Assembly (NCBI RefSeq): GCF_006345805.1
Contig: NC_043011.1
Coordinates: forward strand, 29,462,464 to 29,526,463
Origin: Octopus sinensis
Taxonomy: Eukaryota
Direction: 5' to 3'
DNA: 64,000 nt
Part shown: positions 1 to 12,215 of the stretch, in pieces
How positions within the stretch are numbered: position 1 is the first letter of the stretch
Layout of the letters: each line of letters opens with the position of its first letter
Notes under the pieces: generated by a model
Databases searched by the model: none
The model's input: the letters and a program-made list of their open reading frames with translations, nothing else
What the model was told of the DNA's origin: nothing
Position numbers and translations under genes: made by a program

Positions 1-53
1 CAATATTATGTATATTCAGATGATGATACAAGAAACGATGATGATGTTAGTAG

Positions 54-100
<47 letters not shown>

Positions 101-278
101 GTGATGATGATGATGATTGTGATGATGATGGTGATGATGATGATGTATTAAGTTGAAATGGAGGAGGAATTGGAAGAGGGGGAAGATGAAGGGGAGGGGA
201 AGAAAGGAGAGAAGAAGGAGGGGAGCACTGAGGAGGGGGAAGTGTGGAAGAAAGAGAAGGTGGGCAGTGATAAGGACA

Positions 279-311
<33 letters not shown>

Positions 312-385
312 GTGATGATGCTGAAGACAATGCCAACAATGACGATGATGATGATGACGACAATGACGATGATGATGATGGCATT
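1..385. repeat. Compound (GAT)n microsatellite with a purine-rich interruption
   Basis: Visible GAT/GAC runs; the overlapping poly-D/M/H/S ORFs are artefacts of the repeat. Confidence 0.95.
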
Positions 386-625
386 AGCAGCAGCCATTGT
401 TTGTGGTATGTGTATCCCCGAACAAGTCCCAATCAAGTAGACTTAGAATTAAAGACTTCCTCATTTATAGCCAATCTATATTTTCTTAGGCATTGTCTAC
501 CCCAGACTACACTGCCCACTGTGTCCTTTTGTGTTGTAAGATATAATTTGAGTTTGCATTAACTGCTGTTTTCAACTAGTTGAATGACTGACCACTCTGT
601 AACCATTTTGTTTTTGTTGCTTCGG

Positions 626-1108
626 GCAGTAGTAGTAGTGGTGGTGGTGGTGGTGGTGGTGGTGGTGGTGGTGGTGATGGTATTTCATAATAACTGTAGC
701 TTTTATTGCTGGTATAAATTCAAGAACTTTCTGCTAGATTTGGTGTTCAAGTTGATAATTAACCGTTATCTGCCTCATCGACAACCGCAAGCAGCGGTGG
801 TGGTGGTGGTGGTGGTGGTGGTGACAGCGTCATAGTCATCACTATCATCATCGTCAACGTCATCATCATCATCATCACCATTGCCATCCATATCGTTGTT
901 ATTACCATCGTCATCATCATCACCATCAACGTCGTCATCATCGTCATCATCATCATTGCTGTTTTTTCCATCATCGTCATCATCATCATCATCATTGTCT
1001 CAGACATTGTCATCACCATCATCACCACTGCCATCCTTATTGTTGTTATTATCACCACCATCATCATCATCAACGTCGTCATCATCATCATCATCATCCC
1101 CATCATTG

Positions 1109-1139
<31 letters not shown>

Positions 1140-1170
1140 CATCATCATTATCCTCATTACTATCAACGTC
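626..1170. repeat. (GTG)n and degenerate (CAT)n compound microsatellites
   Basis: Direct trinucleotide runs. Confidence 0.9.
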
Positions 1171-1424
1171 ACTGTTACAGTAAATATTTGTCTGATTGAG
1201 CTAATCGTAAAAAAAAACCTTTATGTGGTTGTTCACCCAACTAGAAATAGCAGCTGATTTATCTCAGGACAAAGCTAATTACATTGAAAAGGAAAGACAT
1301 AGCAGTATACAATGTAATTCTATGTATATTATATAGAAACAAACACAAAAGACTCTCAAATCTTCATAAGTGGAATGTCTGCACAAGAGTTGACTGATCT
1401 GGACCTAAATAATAATTCTTCCTA

Positions 1425-1592
1425 CTATTGGCACAAGGACTTGAATTTTTTGGGGTGGGGTAAGTCAATTACACCGACCCCAGTGCGTAACTGGTACTTA
1501 TTTTATCGACCCCGAAAGAATGAAGGGAAAAGTTGACCTCGGAGGAATTTGAACTCAGGATGTAAAGTTAGAATAAATACCACTAAACATTT
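1425..1592 (-). mobile_element. tRNA-derived SINE family 2, partial
   Basis: Shares ttctgagttcaaattcc...gaggtcaacttt...ggggtcgataa...gtaccagttacgcactggggtc with many other copies in the window. Confidence 0.75.
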
Positions 1593-1810
1593 GACAAGAA
1601 TAACATCGACCAGGATAACATTCCAGGATTAGTAAAAAGGAAGGACGAAGATATCTGCAAAGAGGAAATCTGGCCAGAATGTCTGCCAGAGAGTGAACTT
1701 TGCTAATGACAATGTATGTATGTATGTATATATGTATGTATGTATTTAAGGACTGTGTCAAGTACTCATTAAAGGCCTGTGATATACAGGAGACTGACTG
1801 GGAGAACAAT

Positions 1811-1923
1811 GTATGTACATACATACATACATACATACATACATACATACATACATACATACATACATACATACATACATGCATGCATGCATACATACAT
1901 ACATACATACATACATACATACA

Positions 1924-1951
<28 letters not shown>
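1811..1951. repeat. (TACA)n microsatellite abutting the RTE 3' end
   Basis: Long CATA run. Confidence 0.95.
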
Positions 1952-1954
<3 letters not shown>

Positions 1955-2003
1955 GTATGTATGTATGTTTACTACTTATGCAGAGTTTGACCACCTCCTG
2001 TGC

Positions 2004-2315
2004 CTACACCTTAGTACCATCATGGCATCTGATGTGGTTTTTTAAACCAGATAATGTTCTGAAAAGACACCCATATAGATTGCACCTCCGATTTGGACCA
2101 CCAAGAGCTGCAGATAAGTTCTGCTTTTTGTGGATCTTACAATGTCTTTTGAGGCTTCTGTTAGATTTGCAAACCGTCTGGCATACACTGCATTCAAAGG
2201 TGTGCACAGACATATAGTCAGAATAGTTAGTGGAGGTTCATTTTCCATGGGTTTGCAGATGACATTTGAGCCCAGCAAAAGACAGTCATGGTCTCTTACA
2301 AATTGTGCACACAAA
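2004..2315 (-). pseudogene. RTE ORF C-terminus with three tandem C2H2-type zinc fingers
   Basis: One frame: FVCTICKRP*LSFAGLKCHLQTH / FECSVCQTVCKSNRSLKRHCKIH / RCNLYGCLFRTLSGLKNHIRCH, then TAA. Confidence 0.75.
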
Positions 2316-2859
2316 AAGGTCATTGTCATTCACCTTCTTGATTGTAACATTCTTCCTTATCACATGCACATTATCTACCATCTCTTTTGAGTCTTATATG
2401 TATTATCCTAGCCTCTTCAAATGCTTTCACTCCACTCCACACCTTTGTTCACCATCCAACATGATCCGAAGCAAGGGTTTCTATGTCTTCTGGATCCATT
2501 CCAAGTGACTTCATAGTAGTCCTTATGCCACCCTTAAACATTTTTTTAGGTTTACGCCGATAGTGTTTCCACTCTGCAAGCCCACCATAAAACAGCTGTT
2601 TCAGCATGCGTTCATCCCCCATTTGAACAATATGGCCACATCATCTCATTTGGTTCCTCAAAATCATAGCTTTAATTGAGGTGATGCCTGCAGATGCAAG
2701 GACATTTATGTTTGGAGTAAAAGAACTCCATTTAATGTTTAAAATGCAATGAAGGCATTTTTGGTGGAATTGTTCTAACAATTTAAAATACCTTTCATAA
2801 GTCCATGTTTCAACAGGAATGGTAAGGCAAATGATTTGTAAAGAGCCAGTTTTGTATTC

Positions 2860-3949
2860 TTATAAGTTACTGGCACCAAATGCATGACTCCAAGTCACCA
2901 AATGCTTTTGCTGCCCTTTGAATTCACAGCTAAATTTCTGTATCAAGATATCCATCATTTTGTACAGAGCTTCCAAGGTAGATGAACGAATCGACAACCT
3001 CAAGTAACTTCTCCTTAACAAAAATTTCAGGTGGGTTACAAACAGCACCACACGCAGGTTGATGCATTATAACTGTTTTTTCAAGTTGATGGTCAAGCCA
3101 AAATCATCACAAGCCGAGTCAAATGCAGAGACTTATAAGATCACAATCATCAGGATATAAAAGTTCCCTAAAGAGTGAAGTAAAAACCTTCGTTTTGAGT
3201 TTCAGTCTGGTCAGATTAAAAACATTTCCTGTGTAAATACCCTCCTCAGAGTTTTGAAAAGCATGTGACAAGACAATAGCAAAGTATATTGCAAAGAGAG
3301 TGGGTGCATCAAGGTCTCCCTGCTTTACTCCATTTTCCACGGCAAAAGATTCAGAGAGCCTATCACCAAAGTTAACTCTAGCTTTCATATCTTGATGCAA
3401 AGCCCTGATCATGTTTACAAATTTTTCTGGGTAACCTATTTTTGTTAGAATTAACCACAGAGCATTTCAATTAACAGTATCAAATGCTTTGCTTAAATCA
3501 ACAAAGCAATGATATAGAGCAAGATTCTGTTCAATGCACTTTTCTTGTAATTGTCTGATAGTAAAGATACAATTAGCTGTGCCCCTGGAGGAACAAAAAC
3601 CACACTGAGACTCAGACACTATATTTGGAACTATAAAGGTATTTAAATGTTCTAACAAAATGCGGGCAAGTACCTTTCCAACTACAGACAAAAGCAAAAT
3701 CCCACAAAAATTACCACACAGATCCTTTGGCCCCGATTTATACAAGGAGACTAAAATGGCATCAATCCAGTCTTGAGGCACTTTCTCAGTTCTCCAACAG
3801 TGACAAATTAATATATTTAAGAGTTCAAACATTTTGTCATCCCCATATTTCAAGACTTCAGCACAGATTACATCAGACCCTTGAGACTTATTGCTATTCA
3901 GCTTATTCACAACTAAATAAATGTCATTTAGATTTGGTTCAAATGTCAT
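2860..3949 (-). pseudogene. RTE LINE reverse transcriptase domain, disrupted
   Basis: ORF pieces 3467-3949, 3119-3412 and 2860-3051: QCGF, DLSKAFD, GVKQG, LYPDD (YADD-like), FKYLG-like region. Confidence 0.92.
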
Positions 3950-4704
3950 CTCTTCTATAACTGGAAGGTGTCTGATTTTTTTCTATCATCCTCATGTCAG
4001 TGGATGATGGCCTATGCTTATGCATAGAAGCGGTGTCAGTCAGAAGCAAACATCCATTTGCTGTTCTCAAAGAAGATTTTGGGACATATACCTCCTTGAT
4101 AAGAATACAAACCCTTGGCATCATTTCTATCAGATGCTTCTTGTGCCCCTTTTGCTCTATCATTCCAACATTCCTGTTTAATTTTCCTAAGAGCAGCCTG
4201 CACTTTCCTTTCCAGCTTTCTGTAAGCTTCCTTTGAGTTGGGGTTCAAGGACTGAGAAAGAAGTGTATTGCCTAAGTTTTGTTTTTCTAAAAGTAGATCA
4301 TGAATTTCTGCTGATCTATATGAGAACCAGTCACTGGACTTACACGATTTAAATCCCACTGAAGAACTTGCTGCTTGAAATATTTTTGTTTTGAAATCTT
4401 CCCATAGATTGTTTGGGTCAAGATTGATACTTTCTGTAGCATTGTGGAATCTTTGCAAGTTACTTGATAATTTAAGGTTTTTAGGCATTATTGAAAAATC
4501 TATTTTTCCCTGCACTGGATGATGGTCAGTTCAGTTCTCTGCCCCTCTCATGGCCTGAACGCTAGAAACATCTTTCATATCATGTTTTTTGATCAGAATA
4601 TAATCTATGAGATGCCAGTGCTTAGATCTTGGGTGCATCCAGGTGGTTTTATATTTATTTTTCTGCTTAAACAAAGTGTTGGTGACAAACAGATTATTCT
4701 CAGT

Positions 4705-5393
4705 TTAAAACGTCAAAAGAGCAACTCCATTTTTATCACATTTTCCAATCCCATATCGACCTAAAACAGGCCATGAAACATAATCCTTTCTAACTCTTGC
4801 ATTGAAATCTCTCAATATGACCAGCTTGTCAGAAATTGGTACTTTCCTCAATAATTGTGCTAGATCATCATAAAACTGTCCTACAGTTTCATCAGAACAG
4901 GCCATTGTTGGTGCATAAATACTGACAATGGTAAGAAACCTACCTTTTATCAGTTTAATACAGCATGACATGATCTGTTCAGATATACCACTTGGAAGTT
5001 CTGCAATGGAGGATACTGATGTATTCTTGAGAGCAAACCCAACACTAGGCCTCTCCAAAAGACAGTATATCCATAAGTAAGTTCATTTACTTGACCTTCA
5101 CCAGAGAGACAAGTTTCAAAGAGCATAACTATATCAAGAGAATATTTCCTAAGCTCACATGCAATAAGTGCAGAACGCCTTTCTGGCCTCTTGATGAAAT
5201 TATCATCAAGAAGTGTGCGCACATTCCAACAGCCAACATTCAAAGGATGTTTATTTTTACTTTTTCTTGAAGATTGTTTGACCACAGTGGCAGAATAATG
5301 ACCGGGCCCAGCCTGTGATACACTGGGACACCTGCCGAGCCAGACCTGTTCCCCTGACATTCCCAAGCTTTTTATGCCATTTACTGAATCCAT
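4705..5393 (-). pseudogene. RTE LINE apurinic endonuclease (APE) domain, frameshifted
   Basis: ORF pieces 4950-5393 and 4705-5058 carry WNVRTL, ET, IYAPT and DFNA APE motifs. Confidence 0.9.
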
Positions 5394-5869
5394 TTGAGAT
5401 ATTTTAGATCTAGGTTAGAAACCAGTTCTTTCTCTATTGGCAACAAATCTTGAAATAAACTGAATAATGACAATCATACGTACATACATACATACATACA
5501 TACATACATACATACATTCATACTTATGAATATTTTAATTAACTCTAGCCTATAATCTGAATTTTAATGACGTAATTTATGATTATTTAAAAAAAATCTA
5601 CTGGAGTGATTTTCATTTTAAGATTGCCAGTGATTTTTTTTCTTGTGCATAATTTCTAACACTTGATATTTTATTCAGTAAATTAACAAATATTTATATC
5701 TTATTTAAATAAATAAATTGAAAAATATAAAGAAAATAAGTTTTTAAAAAATCGGCTGTGGGGATAAGATGTTTGCTTTCCAGCCAAGTGACCTTGACTG
5801 CCTCTCTGTGTGTGCGTTTGTGTGTGCGTGTGTGTGTTTGTGTGTGATGATCATAATCATCATTTAGTG

Positions 5870-5937
<68 letters not shown>

Positions 5938-5959
5938 TGTGTGATGATCATAATCATCA

Positions 5960-6180
5960 TTCAGCATCCGTTTTCCATACTGGCATGGGTTGGATGGTTT
6001 GACTGGAGCTGGTAAGGCCAGGGAATGCATTGTCTGTTCTGGAATGGTTTCTATTGTTGGATGCCCTTCCTAATGCCAACCACTCCACAGAGTATACTGG
6101 CTGCTTTGTATATGGCACTAGCACTGGAGATTTTAACATGGCATCAGCACAAGTGCGTTTTACACAACACCAGCATCAGT
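5960..6180 (+). mobile_element. (CAT)n-headed interspersed repeat (family 3), partial
   Basis: catcc gttttccat.ctggcatgggttggatgg...ggatgcccttcctaatgccaaccactcc, shared with 8665, 19969, 32143, 47474. Confidence 0.7.
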
Positions 6181-6194
6181 TCTTATTTCTTTAT

Positions 6195-6780
6195 TGCCCA
6201 CAAAGGGCTAAACATAGAGGGGAAAAACAAGGACAGGCAAAAGGATTAAGTCGATTACATCGACCCTAGTGTGTAACTGGTTCTTAATTCATCAACTCCG
6301 AAAGGATGAATGGCAAAGTCGATCTCGACAGAATTTGAACTCAGAATGTAACGGCAGACGAAATACTATTACTATCCACAAGGAGCTAAACACAGAGAAG
6401 ACAAACAAGGACAGACAAAGGGATTAAGTCGATTATATCAACCCCAGTGCATAACTGGTTCTTAATTTATCGACCCCGAAAGGATGAATGGCAAAGTCAA
6501 CTTCGACAGAATTTGAACTCAGAATATAATGGCAGACGAAATACCTATTTCTTTACTATCCACAAGGGGCTAAACACAGAGAGGACAAACAAGGACAGAC
6601 AAATGGATTAAGTCGATTATATCGACCCCAGTGTGTAACTGGTTCTTAATTTATCAACCCCGAAAGGATGAAAGGCAAAGTCGACCTTGACGGAATTTGG
6701 ACTCAGAACATAGCGGCAGACAAAATACCGCTAAGCATTTCACCTGGTGTGCAAACGTTTCTGCCAGCTCACTGCCTTAA
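6195..6780 (-). mobile_element. Three head-to-tail copies of SINE family 2
   Basis: ~180 bp unit repeated at ~6195, ~6373 and ~6556; only the last carries the ggcagtgagctggcagaaacg head. Confidence 0.85.
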
Positions 6781-7254
6781 ATCAGCATCAGTTCTGTTGT
6801 GATGGATGGATCTTCATGAGTACAACAAGGCACCAGATATTTCGGATCTTTGTCCAGGTGCCAGATATCTTACCCATATGTATATGTCAATATCTGTGCA
6901 TGTGCGTGTGTGTGTATAATGTGGTTATTTTGCACACAGTTGGTATCTGTCACATTGCACTCACAACATTTAGACAGCCTGAAGCTTGTTGAAGACACTT
7001 GTTCAAGAATACTGTTCAGTGAATTTCTAAATCATAAAGGCCTGTCTGATTCCGTACCAGAGAACTTGGTTTCAGCAATTTTAGGATATTTTGATAGTGA
7101 CAAATAGACTGTATCTAGATAATGGCATCAGAAAATTAGCAAAATAACCGTCTTAATAAAATTTAGCTTTCTGAATAGAATTAAGAGCTTTAATTTTAAT
7201 GCAATCATGAAACTTCCTTAGCTAAGTAAATCTGGACAATGTCTGTGTAAAAAT

Positions 7255-7558
7255 TATATAAGAGTTGGGGAGTGGGGAGAAGTAAAAATGAGAGAGAGGG
7301 AAAGAAGGAGTGAGGGAGAGGGAAAGAGAGAGAAATAGAAAGATGGAGGTGAAGGTGGAAGATAAACAAGACAAGTCATGTAGAATGAATTGAAAGAGAA
7401 AGTGGGAGAGAGATATGTAAATGAGTGGAAGAGAAAAACAGATTGTATAGTGAGAGACAGAGAGAGAGAGAACGAGAGAGAATGGTGGAGACAATGATAG
7501 TGTGTGGGAGAGGGAGAGAGAAAGCGTGTGTATGTGTAGGAAAAAGAGCTGGAAAGTG

Positions 7559-7604
<46 letters not shown>

Positions 7605-7880
7605 GAGAGAGAAAGATAGTGAGATAGTTTTTGAAAGAGAGAAAGTTGGAGAGAAAGAAAGAAATAACAAGACAAAGTGTGGTGAAGAGAGTCTGAGAGA
7701 AAGAGAGAGAGTGGAAGGTGAAAGTGAAAGTAGAGATTGGGAGAAAGAAAGGGTAAGAGAAAGGGAGGTAGAGATCAGGAAACAAAGGAAAAAAGGAAAA
7801 TATATATATATATATATATATGAAGAGAGAGGAAAAGAGAGAGAGAAAGGAAGGAAGAGATAAAGAGAGTGAGTGTAGTA
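7255..7880. repeat. Polypurine (GA/AG-rich) low-complexity tract
   Basis: Strongly A/G-biased with (GA)n runs; the S/L/F-rich ORFs are artefacts. Confidence 0.85.
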
Positions 7881-7989
7881 GTGGCGAAATAAAACAGTTT
7901 TGAATGGAAACGTCACAGTTGAAAGTCATCAGTCTGGTTTATAGCTTCAATTTGGAACATGTTATTTAGTATCACACAGACAACAGGAT

Positions 7990-8156
7990 CTACGATGATG
8001 ATGATTTTGATGAAGATGATGATGATGATGATGATGATGATGCCGATGATGTCGAAGACGACAATCTTCATGATGATGATGAGGACAACGGCGATGATGA
8101 CGATGACGATAATGATGATGACGGTAATGATGATGACGATGACGACGACGATGAAA

Positions 8157-8192
<36 letters not shown>

Positions 8193-8420
8193 CCGATGAT
8201 GTCGAAGATGACAATCTTCATGATGATGAGGACAACGGTGATGACGATGACGATAATGACGATGACGATTATGACGATGACAATAATGATGATGACGACG
8301 ACGATGACGATGATGATGATGATGATGACGATGACGACGACGATGATGGTGGTGATGATGATAATGATGACAGTGATGATGATGATGAGGATGATAATAA
8401 TGAAAGTGGTAGTGATGAAG
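7990..8420. repeat. Compound (GAT/GAC)n tract containing an internal ~85 bp duplication
   Basis: gatgccgatgatgtcgaaga.gacaatcttcatgatgat...gaggacaacgg occurs at ~8038 and ~8188. Confidence 0.85.
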
Positions 8421-8664
8421 ACTGAGTTCGTGAGTTCAGTGAGGGTGGAGAGCGAAATGCTACTTCCCAGCGAATTTGTGAACACAAAGATAGGTGACCA
8501 TGGCAAAAATGCTTAAAGCAAACCGACCCTACTCTAAGCAAGCACCTATGAAATGAAGAGCAACAACTGGGGACAGGGCTCATGTCTTAGGTGACCAAAG
8601 CAGTCCTGAATCTGTGGGGTTCCTTGATTGGCTCTAGTTGGTCTTTCTCCTATATCAGAACTGC

Positions 8665-9586
8665 ATCATCATCATCATCGTTTAACGTCCGTTTTCCGTG
8701 CTAGCACGGGCTGGACGGTTCGACCGGGGTCTGGGAAGCCAGGAGGCTGCACCAGGCTCCAGTCTGATCTGGCAGTGTTTCTACAGCTGGATGCCTTTCC
8801 TAACACCAACCACTCCGTGAGTGTAGTGGGTGCTTTTTACATGCCACCGGCACAGGTGCCAGGGGAGTCTGGCAGCGGCCATGATCAGTTGGTGCTTTTA
8901 ACGTGCCACCGGCATGGAAGCCAGTCAAGGCAGCGCTGGCATCGGCCATGTTCGGATGGTGCTTTTTACGTACCACCGGCACAGAAGCCAGTCAAGGCAG
9001 CGCTGGCATCGGCCACGTTCGGATGGTGCTTTTTACGTGCCACTGGCACAGAAGCCAGTCAAGGTGGTGCTGGCATCGGCCACATTTGGATGGTGCTTTT
9101 TACGTACCACCGGCACAGAAGCCAGTCAAGGCAGCGCTGGCATCGGCCACGTTCGGATGGTGCTTTTTACGTGCCACCGGCACAGAAGCCAGTCAAGGTG
9201 GTGCTGGCATCGGCCACATTTGGATGGTGCTTTTTACGTACCACCGCACAGAAGCCAGTCAAGGCAGCGCTGGCATCGGCCACGTTCGGATGGTGCTTTT
9301 TACGTGCCACCGGCACAGAAGCCAGTCAAGGTGGTGCTGGCATCGGCCACATTTGGATGGTACTTTTTACGTACCACTGGCACAGAAGCCAGTCAAGGCA
9401 GCGCTGGCATCGGCCACGTTCGGATGGTGCTTTTTATGTGCCACCGGCATGGAAGCCAGTCAAGGCGGTGCTGGCATCGGCCACATTTGGATGGTGCTTT
9501 TTATGTACCACCGGCATGGAAGCCAGTCAAGGCGGCGCTGGCATCAGCCACGTTCGGATGGTGCTTTTTACATACCACTGGCATTT
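8665..9586 (+). mobile_element. Family 3 repeat with an internally amplified 67 bp minisatellite
   Basis: The family 3 head at 8665-8870 runs into the tandem units. Confidence 0.8.
8901..9586 (+). repeat. 67 bp minisatellite, ~10 units, with A/B alternation
   Basis: Unit starts at 8901, 8968, 9035, 9102, 9169, 9236, 9302, 9369, 9436, 9503 and a partial at 9570. Confidence 0.95.
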
Positions 9587-9738
9587 ATGTTATCACATAC
9601 TTTGTATACTGTGCTTCCTATTACTGCATTTCCTCATTCTTTCTCTTCATCTTATTTCACCCCCACAAACACACACACAGATTGTTGTCTGTCCTTGTGA
9701 CATCCCCCTCATCCATGCCCCATTATTATTATTATTAT

Positions 9739-10292
9739 TGAGTGAGAGAGCAGTTCATGCCATCAAAGTGACACTGGGGTAAAATATACGAAGCCCAATA
9801 TACCCATCATGACTACCCGTCTGATAAGGGTACACCAGGCACATGCATCACAACCATATGTGCGTGACATGGTCATCTCATATCAAGATAAACAGCACAT
9901 GACCTTGCAGGTGGGGCCCAGTTAGAAATTTCTTCAGGTTGAGTAGCCCATCCCACTCAAAAGGTCCCTGAATAAGGATTGTTTAAGGATGTTGAAAGAA
10001 CCACCCATGTTTCCAGAGGTGAATTATTCAAACCCAAAGAATCCCTCTCATCACATGGCTATAATGCTCCCCCACTACTTCTGCTCGTGATCAGAGATGC
10101 ACATATCGTCAGCCACTAAGGGACATGATCAACTGGTTAAGGTCAAACAACTGACAAGCAAATCTGTGGTATTGAGCAGAATATTTGCTGTAGCCCATCT
10201 TTTATACCATCTGTGGTATTGAGCAGAATATTTGCTGTAGCCCATCTTTTATACCATCTGTGGTATTGAGCAGAATATTTGCTGTAGCCCAT
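9739..10292 (-). mobile_element. (TAA)n-associated element 'A', with a 47 bp triplication at its truncated end
   Basis: Reverse complement of the A units in 40427-46849; flanked by (TTA)n; 47-mer at 10162, 10209 and 10256 (partial). Confidence 0.85.
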
Positions 10293-10316
10293 TATTATTA
10301 TATTATTATTATGATT

Positions 10317-10454
10317 AATAGAAATATTAAAATTACTAAGTCTCTCTAAAGGAGATTACGGCAGCGTTACTGGAAATTAATAGTTATCACCATACTTATA
10401 TGGCAGTCTTATATTTATAAGACTGCCATACAAGTATGGCGATAACTATTAATT
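10317..10454. mobile_element. Stub + 39 bp-arm hairpin element (same family as 58991-59311)
   Basis: 58 nt stub nearly identical to 58991-59047, then palindrome 10375-10454 with a TT loop at 10414-10415. Confidence 0.8.
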
Positions 10455-10859
10455 ATTATTATTATTATTATCATTTTAAAAATAAAATATGGTCCATCGT
10501 CTTCTGCTGAACCGGGGTCATCCCTTGACCTTAGGGTCACAGCAGGTCCTCATCTCATAGAGAGTACATGGCGTAAAATGTGTGCAGAACCTAGCAACAC
10601 TATTTTCTGAAGTTCTCCCATGTTAACACTGAAAGGGATTATTATTATTATTATTATTATTATTTACATTCTGAGTTCAAATTTCACTGGGGTTGACTTT
10701 GCCTTTTATCCTTTCAGGGTTGATTAAATAAGTACCAGTTACATACTGGGGTCAATGTAATCAATTTAATTCCACTCCCAAGCTGCCCTTGTGGCAAAAA
10801 TTTTTTTATTATTATTATTATTATCATTATTATATTTATTATCATTATTATATTTATTA

Positions 10860-10896
<37 letters not shown>

Positions 10897-10897
<1 letters not shown>

Positions 10898-11036
10898 GAG
10901 TGGGAGAACAATGCATGCCATCAAAGTGACACTGGGGTACAAATATACAAAGCCCAGTTTACCCATCATAACTACCCATCTGATAAGGGTACACCAGACA
11001 CATGCATCACAACCATATGTGCGCGACATATTATTA

Positions 11037-11079
<43 letters not shown>

Positions 11080-11210
11080 GAGTGGGAGAACAATGCATGC
11101 CATCAAAGTGACACTGGGGTACAAATATACAAAGCCCAGTTTACCCATCATAACTACCCATCTGATAAGGGTACACCAGACACATGCATCACAACCATAT
11201 GTGCGCGACA

Positions 11211-11211
<1 letters not shown>
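10897..11211 (-). mobile_element. Two tandem ~133 bp 3'-end fragments of element A separated by (TTA)n
   Basis: Essentially identical gagtgggagaacaatgcatgcc...gtgcgcgacat at 10897 and 11079. Confidence 0.85.
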
Positions 11212-11282
<71 letters not shown>

Positions 11283-11285
11283 AGA

Positions 11286-11500
11286 AAGGCAGTGAGTTGG
11301 CAGAAACATTAGCACACCTGGCAAAATGATTAGTGGTATTTTGTCTGCCACTATGTTCTGAGTTCAAATTCTGCCGAGGTCAACTTTGCCTTTTATCCTT
11401 TCAGGGTCGATAAATCAAGTACCAGTTGAGTATTGGGGTCGATGTAATCGACTATCCTCCCCTCCCCCAAATTTCAGGCCTTGTGCCTATAGTAGAAAGG
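11286..11500 (+). mobile_element. tRNA-derived SINE family 2
   Basis: ggcagtgagttggcagaaac head, gagttcaaattc B-box-like motif, shared body. Confidence 0.8.
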
Positions 11501-11778
11501 ATCATCATCATCATCATTATTATTATTATTATTATTATTGTTATTATTATTATTATTATTAAAACAGTGAGCCCTCAGAATTGTAAACATGTCAGACAAG
11601 ATGCTTAGAATTTCTCTCAGCTTTTCATTTTCAGAATTAAATTCTTCTGAAGTTGATTTTGCCTTTCATCCTTATGGAGTTGATGGAATAAGCATCACTT
11701 AAGCACTGGGGTCAATGCAATTGACTTAGTCCCTCTCTTAAAAATTATTGGCCAAGTGCCGAAATCTGAAACCATCAT

Positions 11779-11817
<39 letters not shown>

Positions 11818-11884
11818 TATCACAGATTATATCGTGATGTTAACGATGGAAGTTGATAAGTTATGTCAATAAACAGTGCTGTTG

Positions 11885-11920
<36 letters not shown>

Positions 11921-12215
11921 GTAATCATGATCATAAAGGAGATTGCAAATCATTATTACTTCTTTCACAAAAACATCATCATCATCATCATCATTAAGGT
12001 GGCGAGCTGGAAGAAGTATTAGCAATCCAAGCAAAATCACTGGGGTTGATGTAATCGGTTGAACCCTTCCTTGAACCAGCTGGCCTTATGCCAAAATTTG
12101 TAACCAATATCATCATTATCATCATCATCATCATCACCATCATCATCATCACTGTATTTAAAAAAGGATTGCCGTAATTCTTCACAAAGGTAAACAGTGA
12201 AGACGAAGGGTGCAA

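Larger units (their letters stand above)
1953..5475 (-). mobile_element. Near full-length decayed RTE-clade LINE (APE + RT + C-terminal zinc fingers)
   Basis: Collinear minus-strand fragments: LNVGCWNVRTLLD...ERRSALIACEL and TIVSIYAPT...DFNARV (APE); SESQCGFCSSRGT...FVDLSKAFDTVN and GVKQGDLDAPTLF...LLYPDD (RT); KQLFYGGLAE..KPKK; then C2H2 motifs and a short (CATA)n tail. Many stops and frameshifts. Confidence 0.92.

Noticed and set aside
490-535. 46 nt AG...GT bounded segment open in all frames
   Set aside because: Plausible splice sites but no frame or homology evidence; kept only as a mention.
5281-5400. Possible HDV-like ribozyme at the RTE 5' end (ggctcgg/ctgggcc helix)
   Set aside because: Only a P1-like helix is visible; no convincing P3/L3 or P2, and the segment is in frame with the ORF.
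6985-7107. Open frame LVEDTCSRILFSEFLNHKGLSDSVPENLVSAILGYFDSDK*
   Set aside because: No recognisable homology, and the splice context is weak.
8901-9586. CRISPR-like regularity of the 67 bp array
   Set aside because: There are no unique spacers, and the context is eukaryotic.
8628-9782. 384 aa ORF, the longest in the window
   Set aside because: It lies entirely over the family 3 repeat and the 67 bp minisatellite; overlapping ORFs exist in all three frames.
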